A DNA stretch of 61,775 nt, counting the filler, from Choristocarpus tenellus KU-1152 (lineage: Eukaryota > Protista > Phaeophyceae), in NCBI GenBank assembly GCA_964200185.2. It is 11 parts of 11 records of this genome, joined end to end, with 100 filler letters (N's around TTAATTAATTAA, not from the genome) between each part and the next. Parts side by side here need not be neighbours in the genome. Positions count along the whole stretch, not along the records: positions 24,385 to 28,065 come from CAXNAD020018542.1; positions 28,166 to 34,610 come from CAXNAD020008129.1; positions 34,711 to 43,488 come from CAXNAD020004341.1; 8 more parts are not named here. One strand, 5' to 3'. A model generated the notes under the pieces. The model was not told the origin of the DNA and did not search any database. It saw nothing but the letters and a program-made list of their open reading frames with translations. A program made the translations under genes and the position numbers. Positions 26,966-37,520 of the stretch are shown piece by piece (position 1 is the first letter of the stretch; the number at the start of each line of letters is the position of its first letter).

Positions 26966-28065
26966 GTGGAGGTGATGGAGGAGGGCGACGATGGTACACA
27001 AGGCAGGCAGGGGCAAGGAACTAGTATAAGTCGAGGGTTTAACCCAGCTCTGGGAATAGACTCACAGGTTTCGATCTCGCAGAACGGAGAAGGATGGACG
27101 GAGAACGGAATGGGTTCACATGGGGATGAGGTGGAGGTGATCGAGGATGGGGATGGCGGCCCACGAGATAGGTACGGGCAAGGGAGGAACATAAGCAGAG
27201 CACACCACTCTTCTTCGGGAATAGGCGGACAGGTCTCGTCTTTGTAGGATGGTGAAGCCCAGACGGAAAACCGAACGAGCACACAGGGGGATGAGGCTAG
27301 AGAGGTGGTGGAGGCACAAGACGATGGTCGCAGGGATAGGGGGCCACCCCTACACGACTACGACGAGGAGGAGACATGGGAGACGGTGATAAGAGGTATT
27401 ACTGGGATTCGATGGCCAGCCTCTCCCACCGGTGACCCCAACCCACAACCACCCCAACAACCACGTGAGCTCACACCAGAACACTGTGCGATCTGTTTTT
27501 CCCAAATACAACCGCCAGTACTCCCTTTCTCCTGCACACTCTCACTTGATCTGGACTGTGCCTCGGCTCTATACCTCCGCACCAGGCCCCTGCATCCCAT
27601 CCCGTGTCCCTGCCAGCCCAGAACACTACTGTGCTGCAATGGAGAGGAGTGTGGGAACCAAGGTCGTGCTGGAATCCATCCGCTCACAATCATCCTCCAC
27701 CCCTTTTGCCATCCCACCATTCCGCCTACTCTCCATGCCATGCCCCCAGTCCCTCCTCCTTCTTTTTCCCCCTGCCCTAGCTGTCTAGAACCTCCAGACC
27801 ACCAAGGCATTCTCTCCTGTGGGTCCTCGCTCCACCTCAACTGCATGGTTAGCCTATGCAAAGATGGCAACCACACTCTCACATTCCCCTACTATGGAAC
27901 ACACCTACCCATTCTCACACTTTTCAATTACACGTACACCACCTTTACCGGCCAAAGACACCCACCTGGTGGGCTCATAACCCGTCTGAATAATGCCACT
28001 GAAGCCCAAATCCACCTCTTTTCAATGCACAATATCCCGGGCCAAACTCACACCCCACCCACCCA
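26966..28065 (+). pseudogene. ORF with ~55-aa acidic repeats followed by two degenerate RING-like Cys clusters; one premature stop; truncated by contig end
   Basis: ORFs 26966 and 27305 are in the same frame, separated by TAG 27245-27247. Cys clusters are CAICFSQ...SC...C...CPC and CPSCLEPPDHQGILSCGSSLHLNC. Confidence 0.5.
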
Positions 28066-28165
28066 NNNNNNNNNNNNNNNNNNNNNNNNNNNNNNNNNNN
28101 NNNNNNNNNTTAATTAATTAANNNNNNNNNNNNNNNNNNNNNNNNNNNNNNNNNNNNNNNNNNNN

Positions 28166-28255
28166 TATCCAACTCAATCACACAAAAATCGCAACAACAA
28201 AAAATTGCCCCCAAATGAACAGCCGCCCTCCCCCCCCCCCAAGATACTTTGAGCC
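28166..28255 (+). mobile_element. MITE family B, 3' part (contig start)
   Basis: AAAATCGCAACA...CCCCAAATGAACAGCCGCC..C-run..AGATACTTTGAGCC. Confidence 0.8.
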
Positions 28256-28345
28256 ATCTCCAAAAAAAATACCGGATTTCTCACATATTTGCCGACATTC
28301 TTAAAATTGCAACTCTGGGAACTTTTCTTTTGCTTTGACCCGCTT

Positions 28346-28627
28346 GGGTTAAAGTATTTTAGGGTTAGGGTTAGGGTTAGGGTAGAGCCGTGTCCGTTTG
28401 GGGCCCAAAGTCCAATGTTGCGATTTTGATGTGATTTTTTGGCTATCGTGTTTGTGAGGAAGTGTCAATATCCTTGCTTGTTCTGGACACACCTTTCCAT
28501 AACGTACACACCTTACCTCCTCCCAAACATCTTTGGAGGAGGTAAAATATCACAATACGCACGTGGGAACCCAACCCATAAATGGACAAACAGAGCAAAA
28601 CTTGTACCCTCTAAGATAATTTCACTT
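28346..28627 (-). mobile_element. MITE family A, full copy with (TTAGGG)4 in its TIR
   Basis: TSD GCTT (28342-28345 / 28628-28631). The consensus TTAGAGGGTA is replaced by (TTAGGG)4TA. Confidence 0.9.
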
Positions 28628-28674
28628 GCTTGAAATAGTTAGGGGTGGGAGATTTGACATCGAGTGCAATCCGA

Positions 28675-28946
28675 GAGCGGTGGAATATTCTTAGGGTTAG
28701 GGTAGAGCCGTGTACAATTGAGGGCCAAAATCCAACGTTGCAATTTTGATTCATTTTGGATGTCACGTTTGCTAGGAGATAGATGTCAATATCCTTGTTC
28801 TGGACACACCTTTTCTTAACATATACATTTTACCTCTACTCCGAAATATTTTGGAGCGGGTAAAAAAAGTGCCATTAAAAAAACCCTAACCCTAAGGTGG
28901 ACAAACAGGGACAAAATCGTACCCTACCCCTAAGATGCTTTCACTT
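28675..28946 (-). mobile_element. MITE family A, diverged copy with telomeric substitutions at three sites
   Basis: Colinear with the A consensus. (TTAGGG)2TA at ~28691, CCCTAACCCTAA at ~28884, CCCTACCCCTAA at ~28922. Left boundary approximate. Confidence 0.85.
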
Positions 28947-29597
28947 TAAAGTGAACGGTAATCGACCTCTTAGGGTTAGGGTACCCCTCATCACAATGTT
29001 TTCTTAGTACTGAGGAGAATGTTTGTAACCTTTTGAAGGGTCAGTCTTGAGCACCCAGTCTGCTAGAGGTTAGATACCCCTCACTCCAATAGGGAAAAAA
29101 AAAAAACTCATGTGGTTTTTGTGTCCATACTCGTATCCGATTTCAAATAAAAAATCAAATCAAATATTAAAAAAATGCTATTTCATGTACTCTACGCAAC
29201 GGTAAGAACTAAGTCATATTTTTTGTCTAGGCTATCATCAGAAACACGTAGGGTTCTTTTCTTTGCGACCTGCCTGGTCTCCCAGGCCAAGTATCACAAA
29301 GCACCAACTGCCCCTGGCTCTGCAGTTGGTGTGTCCGCATAGAGCAAAGGCAGCTATGTCAGTTACTGCTAAACTTGAACGTCCAGATGCCAAAAAACCT
29401 TGATCTCCTTCTTTGCAAGAGAGGGCAGCTCACGCGATCCTCTTTCGATAACGAACCTTTCCTTTCCTATCCTGCGGTAATTGTTGGTGCTTTGTGGGAC
29501 AGTTGTGCCAGAAAATAGATACTTGAGTATTGGCCTTCAAAAAATAAATAAATCACAAACACCAGGTCACAGTAATCATCATTGCCGTTCACATTTG

Positions 29598-29668
29598 CAC
29601 GATCTTTCATATTAGAGGTCATGATCTTTCATATTAGAGGTCACGATCTTTCATATTAGAGGTCATGA
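29598..29668 (+). repeat. 22-bp tandem repeat x3.2
   Basis: CA(C/T)GATCTTTCATATTAGAGGT repeated. Confidence 0.9.
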
Positions 29669-29798
29669 CAGTGTCAACTGCGAGTATTGGCATGAGCTAA
29701 TTCATTGATCCTCACTCACCCGCTCGGACAAAGTCAGACCATCCAGGAATATAATCTCAAAACTTGAGGACCCATCCAGGAATATAATCCATCAGTCT

Positions 29799-30336
29799 GA
29801 CCTAAAGCGTTTTAAGAGGGTAGGAGTGTGAAAGTATGTTAGAGGGTACGATTATTTTCCCTATTTGTCCATTTGGGGCTTGACTTCCCATGTTGTTTTT
29901 TTAATGACATTTTTCGTACGCCAAATGTTTAGGGTTAGGGTAAAATGTACACGTTACGAAAAGGTGTGTCTGGAACGAGGATATTGACATCTCCTGACAA
30001 ACACGATAACCAAAATTACAAAAAAAAATTGCAACATTGGATTTTGGCCCCCAAATGGACGTGGCCTTACCCTCTAAGATGATTTGACTCAGGAGTTTTG
30101 TCCTGTATGTCCATTCGGGGCTTGGCTTCCCACGGGTTTTTTATGCCCCTTTTCGGTTTTCTGTGTGAACACAGTTACCTAAAATGTATACGGATATGAA
30201 TGGCGTGTCTGGAACGAGGATACTGACACTTCCCACAAGTATTATAACCAAAGTTACTTCAAAATCACAACATTGGATTTATGATCCCAAATGGACGCGG
30301 CCCTTCCCTAACCCTAACCCTAAGATGCTTTGACTC
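29799..30336 (+). mobile_element. Nested MITE family A pair: inner copy 29826-30090 inserted in the TIR of an older outer copy
   Basis: Inner copy is flanked by TSD AGGA (29822-29825 / 30091-30094). Removing it restores ..AAGAGGGTAGGAGTTTTGTCCTG.. of the outer copy, whose right TIR carries (CCCTAA)3. Confidence 0.85.
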
Positions 30337-30640
30337 ATGATCGAAAAATAGTCTTGTACACATCAGTAACCCTTGGGGAAAATAATGCAGTTACTATATT
30401 TGAAGTGACATTTACGTACATTGTAGCAAAATGGTGGCTTTGTTGTTGGCCAGGACCCCAGTCCATAGAAGTTGATAAATGTACACCCCTACACATATCC
30501 TCGTGGTTGTAGCAAGTTATTTGGCATCTCTATGCATGTCTTTTTTACTCGAAGATGGATGGCTAGAGTGAGGAGAGAGATGGAGCTCTATAATGTGGTG
30601 TTTTCGAAGAGAAGAGGAGAGAGATCTCCACTACACAAAT

Positions 30641-30901
30641 GAGTGAAAGTATCTTAGAGGGTACGAGTTTTGCCCTGTTTGTCCATTTGGGGCTTAGCTT
30701 CCCATGGATTCTTTTATCACACTTTCCTACTCCAAAATGTTTAGGAGTAGGTAAAATGTATATGTTATGAAAATGTGTGTCCGGAACATGGATGCTGACA
30801 CTTTCTAACCAACACCACATCCAAAATTACACAAAAATCGCAACATTGGATCTTGACCCCCCCAAATGGACGCGGCCCTACCCTCTAAGATACTTTGGCT
30901 C
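30641..30901 (+). mobile_element. MITE family A, full copy (261 bp)
   Basis: TIR GAGTGAAAGTATCTTAGAGGGTA...TACCCTCTAAGATACTTTGGCTC, TSD AAAT. Confidence 0.95.
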
Positions 30902-31218
30902 AAATCGAGCTTTATCCTCCCTCTCTGACCTCGTAGCTCATCGCAAGACACTGGGTTGAAGGCACACATATGCTTAGCCACGCCTTCTATCCCCATATAA
31001 GAATGTGAATCGCTTGCCTTCTTATGCAAAGATCGCTACATCACGTATGATAAAGCTCGCAGACATTTTTCTACGACCCTCCTCCTTGTGACATAAGAAA
31101 ACGGGGCTAGGCTTTGTCTACTATGTGCCTATTTGAGGCCATAAATGTAAGAATCCGTGATGAAGTCACCTGGAAACATGGGCCTCAAATAACGGCGATT
31201 CTTGCTTATCTTCTGACT

Positions 31219-31478
31219 GAGTGAAAGTATCTTAGAGGGTACGAGTTTTGCCCTGTTTGTCCATTTGAGGCTTAGCTTCCCATGTTTTTTTTAATGCCAT
31301 TTTCCTACTCCGAAATATTTTGGGAGTACGTAAAATGTATACGTTATGAAAACGTGTGTCCAGAACAAAGATACTGACACTTCCTGACAAACAGGATAGC
31401 CAAAATTTCATCAAAATTGCAACATTGGATTTTGGCCCCCAAATGGACGCGTCCCTACCCTCTAAGATACTTTGGCTC
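31219..31478 (+). mobile_element. MITE family A, full copy (260 bp)
   Basis: Same TIRs, TSD GACT (31215-31218 / 31479-31482). Confidence 0.95.
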
Positions 31479-33393
31479 GACTGACACCACCAAAGTCGAC
31501 AACCTTTGATATGGAAAAGTTGATAATCAGGAAGGTTAGGTACCCTTCATTGCCAGAGAGAGGCATACTTGTATTCCATTCAAAGTAGATTACCACATGA
31601 AATGTCCAGTGCTATTTGGAACCCTAAATAAATTTGACAATGTGAAAAAATGCCGATTTTGGTCTTGGTTTCAACATCAAGAAGCTTGACTATTTTCATT
31701 TGCACAGTCTTCTGGGGCAAGCATCACAATCGCTTCAAACTTATTCGCAGGTGTGACTTGGTTGCCTTTCCATGCCGTTTTCTGACTCTCACCAAAATCA
31801 GTGCCATTTCATATCAGGATTATTGGGTTTACTGTCCTATAATCTAAAATAGAAGAAACAAGTGGATATAGAGCAAAACCGATTTGTGGGATGTTAGTTG
31901 CAATCTTGCATCGCGTGAGATGTTGCGGATTTGGTTCTGGACTCAAAATAGCAAGAACAGCATACCACTTGGCATTTTAACGCTCATTGGAAGTATGGGC
32001 ACCAACAATCGCAACTCCTCATGATCTATTGGCTGAGACCAGACCCAGCAATCTCTCACAACAACATCAGATACTTTCAGGTCTGAAAACTTCCGTAGCA
32101 CTTTTCAACTACTGTAGACAAGAAACTTGGAATGTGTTGTTTTGTATAGCTTATTGACACAGGCTAGGCTATACGACTGTACATCAAAATCGAGATCAAG
32201 TGATGTGTTTGGCTTTGGTCTAGGTCACAAGATCGCAAGCACTAAATGATCATTCTTCCTCCTCTCTCGTTGCACAATTGATAATCTTCAACCCACCGAA
32301 CTCAGCTCAAAGTACGGAATAAATGCAGTATTGGTCTCGAAGCAGTAGCTAACCCTCAGTACCCCTTCTGCATCTATCTCCACACATACCACTATATGTA
32401 TGTCATTCAAGAAATGTTTGAGCAATGTGCTTAGGGTACTATTCCCAGCTACACAATATGTACAGATAGCTAGTTAGCCCTGTAGTGTCACCTCATATAA
32501 TATCTTATCACCCACCAATTCCAGAGGTTGGCTCAACCACAAGATAAACATCAGAAGAAATTGAAAGGCTTCCCTCACATATGCCAGGAGGTAAGTCTGG
32601 AAATGCATGCTTCTAGGCACGTTGATTTTCCCCGAGTCTACCATGTTGGACAGTACCCTCAGACCTCTATTACTACCTACAGTTGTTTGATTCTCCTGCC
32701 TTTAATCAGTGGGAAAAGTACATTGCTTCCGCAAAGTCATGGAGTTCACTACAGCTTGATGAAGTCCAACTCCAAGCTCAAAAATGGTTCTTATGTGCTA
32801 TGCATTGTCTTCATCCACCCCCACCCCTCTCTTTGCCACACTTGTCCTCTATACAATTGTGCCAACATGGACATGCCCAAGCCAGCCAAGAGATGAAGAC
32901 AGTCCACTTCTGATCCAAGCATGGCTGAAGGATGTCAACTCAGGTAGCTTGCTACTCACAGTTCCGAAATATAGTACCATGTGGGCATCATTGTGAGGTC
33001 AGAGGATTTCTTGCAATTGCTATCTTCATTGTGTTTGTGCCTTTGTGTAACCCCTGCTTGATACAAGTAAGACACCCATATTACCCACAGTCGTGTGAAT
33101 TAATTGGCAAGAGTGTTGTGCAAGTACAGCAAAGAGTTTTCACTGCACGTCAAATAGATTTGATGCTGATTCCAATGTTGAAAACAAGCATTGAGCTCGG
33201 AATCCTCACTACATTGAAGTAAGTAAATAGCCCACAACCTCTAAATCCATCGTGATCGAAAGCCTACTACTAAATTTATTATTGATCTTATTGTACTCTG
33301 GAGTACTACAAAAATATGTAACGCTTCCGACAACACTTGCCTCTGTGATGATGATTATTTGTGTACTCGGTCTTTGTTTTTGGTGTACAATCA

Positions 33394-33579
33394 GGCTCAA
33401 CATATTTGGGGGGGGGGGTGGCGGTTGTCCATTTGGGGTCCATTTTTCGATGTTGTGATTTTTGTGGGATTTGGTTGCATACGTCGGATGATGGATAATG
33501 TAAGTGTACTTTTCCTGGTCATGGCCCAAACGGACACCCTGGTGTAGACCGCCCCCCGTCCCCCCAGATACTTTGGGGC
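33394..33579 (-). mobile_element. MITE family B, full copy (186 bp)
   Basis: GGCTCAACATATTTG(G)n...CCCCCAGATACTTTGGGGC, TSD ATCA (33390-33393 / 33580-33583). Confidence 0.9.
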
Positions 33580-33632
33580 ATCACTGAAAATCTACACCTT
33601 GACCACAACCAAGACATGCATCGTCAATCTAA

Positions 33633-34260
33633 CTAACACTTAGATCCTTGGTTGCCCCTAACTTTACAAACAATAAAATGTTCAGGCCAACAACTGAATG
33701 GGTCTGAAGCGTGGGTATCAGTACCCCTCACAGTCAATGAAACCGCCAAAGTTGAAGCTGATAAGCAAGAAGATGCCTTTCCAACAAGGAGGCAAGAAGG
33801 ATGGCTCCCTCTGGTCCACCGTCCACTACAGCCCAAGGTCCCTTGCCCCTCAGCTTTGAAAGGCTTCGACCTTGGGTTTGGTGGACCTCCCCGGCCACTG
33901 AGTCTTAAGTTTCCTCTTGGAGACGTTCCAGTACCTTTTGCAGTGGATGAAATGGTCGGGGAGAGAGAAAAAGGGTGAGAGATAGTTACAATTGATGGTG
34001 TGGGGGCATTCAAGGGCAAAACGTCTGACGGTCAAGTAGTAACCTTTGTGTCATATAAATACTTGGACCAACCCCCCAAAATAGAAACTCTCTAGTAACA
34101 AACTTCCACACGTATTCATTCAGGTAAACCTTGACCCTTTCCTTCAACTCAATGATCCCCTCAATGACGCTGGTATGGCACAAGAAGTCAAGGAAGTTCA
34201 AGCACATTGAGAGTCGATCTGGCTGATGAGGTGGCCTTGCAGAGGGCGCTCCCAATATTT
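33633..34260 (-). mobile_element. Highly decayed Ty3/Gypsy-like RT-connection/RNase H remnant
   Basis: Fragments LDFLCHTSVIEGI..LKERVK, RRFAL, VEAFQS and THASD appear in the order expected for V.FLGH..S..GI, RRFI, AF..LK and TDAS. Very weak. Confidence 0.3.
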
Positions 34261-34553
34261 TGCAGGTTAGGGATTCCAGTTGCTGAAATGGAGTTTTTCT
34301 GTTCCTCTCAGTGAAAGAAAATTCCTACCATGTTCCCCAAATACCTGTAGGATAATTATTTCAAGGAACCCATATTTAATAATTAAATTGATCACATTTC
34401 TGATGGAGGCAAAAAGATGCCACTGATACAGTCATTTCCACAACTGGATGTACTCTGTCGCACACACACACACACACAAAAGTATTTATCTTGTGCCTCT
34501 GAATGTCATAGCCCAAGGCAATTGTCAGATATTGTGCTGAACAAACAAGGTCT

Positions 34554-34610
34554 GAGCCAAAGTATCTTAGAGGGTAGAGCCGCGTCCATTTGGGGATCAA
34601 AATACAATGT
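34554..34610 (-). mobile_element. MITE family A terminus (contig end)
   Basis: GAGCCAAAGTATCTTAGAGGGTAGAGCCGCGTCCATTTGGGG. Confidence 0.85.
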
Positions 34611-34739
34611 NNNNNNNNNNNNNNNNNNNNNNNNNNNNNNNNNNNNNNNNNNNNTTAATTAATTAANNNNNNNNNNNNNNNNNNNNNNNNNNNNNNNNNN
34701 NNNNNNNNNNCCCCCCCAAGATACTTTGACCCTAGGGAT

Positions 34740-37520
34740 TTGGTGTTTCCCAAGACGGCAGTGCCTAAGATTCCAGGGTTGCAATTTTCCCCAGCAGGAT
34801 TTGTACAAGTACCATAAAAAATTATTATACACAATTTATTTTGTCATCAAGACGATTGGGGGTGTAGTGTGAATGCTGATACGGACTTCGAGGCTGCCCC
34901 CCCTATACATCGTGGAGCAGCGTTGGCAGATGTCTTACAGAGGATAATTTATTTCAGGAAGAAATTTCCAAGGTCGAGAATTATGATCAGTAAGGTGGAT
35001 GTGAAAGACAATTTTCATTGGGTACCACTAGAACTGAAAGGGTTGGCTAAGTTTGGTTGGGCACATAGTTCAGGAACGGGTTATGGTAGACTTTAGCCTA
35101 CAACTTGGGTGGAGAAGTACTTCAGGATGGTGGGACCTAATGGCGAGAACCCTGGAATGTTCCCATTCTAATACAACTCCTAGCTCTGCTGTCGTGATCC
35201 CCGAAGCCCAGGAAACTACTGCAGATGTGGGATATTCTGAAAGAAAGGGTACAAGGGTAGTATATGAGTTGGATGGTGCATGGAGGGTTAGAGAAGTGGT
35301 AGGAAGGGGAGCAGAGGAACACTATTTTGCTACAATGTACTCTGGAGTATGTAGACGACAGCATTCTCATAGAAGTCCAATGGTTTGATTTTGGGAGGAT
35401 ACTGCAATTGGCAACTAATTCATTAGCATCGGGCCATATCCGCTTGTTAGGCTCCAGGACAGGGAATGGACCTTTGATTCTCTCAGACAGGAAGTTGACG
35501 GGATGAGATACTGAACAGGTAGTAGTGGGGTGGAAGAAATATACTGAGGCTATGACGATTGCACAGTCATCAGATTGAAAGAGCTACTAGCAAGGTGGCC
35601 TGAGTCAAGGTATGCAGCTTAAGTATGATATGTGAGGGTGTTGATCAGAAAAGTTTTTCGTATGTCTTACCTTATCCGCCTGGTCCGTTTTTTCTTTGCC
35701 CGGTGGCGCACCTGTCAGAGCCACACGAGAAGTGATGTTGGCTGGGCAGGATAGCGTAAGGGGTCAAAAGGAACAGAGTGCAGAAGTACTGGAAGGGGCC
35801 AGAAAAATCAGGATAGGAAAGAAATCTAAGGAAGATGTCTATTGGCGGAGGGGGGTAGTAGAGTGGGAGCTAGTAGAAGGGAGGGGGAAATCTGAGTTCA
35901 CCCTTCATGGTTGTGGCCGGCCACCAGTGTCAACTTGGTGTTCGGATGGTTGCTTTGCAGCTGCAGGGGATACATGGAGACCAGTGAGTGGCAGAGGTAT
36001 GTTTCTCGAAAAGTGTAAGGAGAGGGTTGTACTGGGCGCAGTTAGGGGAGAGAGAGGCATCTAAATCAACGTACTGAAGCTGTTGGGATTGGTAGTGAAT
36101 GTATCGTTCCTACTAGTGAAGGGAAGGGGTAAGACAAAGAAGAAAGGAGACCCAGTTCTACTACGGGGGGACAATAAGGCAGCAGTACATTGGTTTACAA
36201 AGTGTGGGGGGGCGAGAGATATAGGGCAACGGAGTCCTAGAGATAGCAGTGGGATGGTCGTTTGCAGCCGAACTTGTCCAAGGGAATCAGAACGGATTGG
36301 CAGGGGACATTTCTAGGTGGGAGAGGGATAAGATCCAATATAACCTTCAACAACCTTATCCGCATGTCCATTGGCAGGAGCAGCCCATGGGTTGGAAAGG
36401 GGAGATAATATGTTTGAGTGCCTCGCAGTCGAGTATAATCTAACCTTCAACAGCCTTATCCGCATGACCATTGGCAGGAGTAGCCCATGGGTTGGAAAGG
36501 GGAGATAATATGTTTAAGTGCCTCGCAGTCGAGTATGCCAGTGGATCAATTGCACCTTTCACTCAGAAGTCATATTAGGTAGCTTGGGAGAAGTGGTCTG
36601 AGTTCCATACATATAGGGGTTTGAGTAGGCGACTTGATCCCAGCAGTCAGGAGTTGGATGTGTGATTGCATTAGCAGAATTCATGCGTTTTTGTTGTTGG
36701 AGTAGGGGGAACCAAGTAGGGACGACAAAGAGCAAATAATACTACTGCAAACATTTCCTTAATTTTCAGCTGCTAGAATATAATTTCTTGTTGTCTTAGT
36801 AATGAAGGGTATCGGCAGAAGTCACACATTTGTGGGTAGTCAACCTAATATTAGGAGACAATTGACGTTGAGGATGATTGGAAAACCGTGTTTGATGATT
36901 TTAGGAAGGGAGGGAGACTGACGAGGTTAGGGCTACGTTTCTCATTCTTCTTTTTGGCAAGAGCCTCATAGTTTGTGGAGCTATTATAAAAGGGATGAAG
37001 TGCATGGAGATTTGCAATAAGCAGGTGGGATGTTATGTTCAGGAAAGGAGTAGCCAGGTTGGATTGGGGGGATAGACGTCAGGAAAACAAGGTAGAGGTC
37101 ACATTTACAAGGTGAAAAGTGGACCAGGTGAGATAGGGCGCGGTATTCACAGGGTACAAAGTAATGGGGTGAAAGGGTGAAGAAGGGATGGACGTTATTG
37201 ATATTGTGGTATTAATTATGGGATACTTCCCAGAACTACCACCTGACACCCCTTTTATGATGTGTAGGGATGGGGAAATGTGGAGGGTGATTATGAGAAA
37301 TCAGGCAATATGTGTTATGAGGAGGATAGTAAAGGAGCTGGAGTTGAGGCCAGAGGAGTATGGCCTACACTCGTGTAGGGTCGGCGGAACAACGAGGATG
37401 GCAACTATAGGGGCGACGAGTTTAGTGATATAAAGGGAGGGGAGATGGAAGTCAGGGTCGTTTATGGTGTATAATAGAGCCAACCAGAGAGACCCGTTGT
37501 GGGTGTCAAACGACTAGCAG
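34740..37520 (+). mobile_element. Degenerate tyrosine-recombinase retrotransposon (DIRS/Ngaro group): RT - RNase H - YR
   Basis: RT motifs SKVDVKDNFHWVPL, VDFSLQLGWRSTSGWW, YVDD (35348-35359). RNase H motifs SDGCFAAAG, LRGDNKAAVHW, VQGNQNGLAGDISR. YR motifs YGLHSCRVGGTT..A and GRWKSGSFMVY. Many stops and frameshifts. A MITE-B end lies at 34711-34732. Confidence 0.85.
36341..36536 (+). repeat. 100-bp tandem duplication inside the YR retroelement
   Basis: TAACCTTCAACA.CCTTATCCGCATG.CCATTGGCAGGAG...GTCGAGTAT starts at both 36341 and 36441, with a few substitutions. Confidence 0.9.

Noticed and set aside
28346-28390. (TTAGGG)n tracts as true chromosome ends
   Set aside because: Only 2-5 units, flanked on both sides by continuing MITE or unique sequence.
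32500-32950. Copia integrase remnant (LGH... and ELDF fragments, minus strand)
   Set aside because: Too degenerate to support without a profile search.
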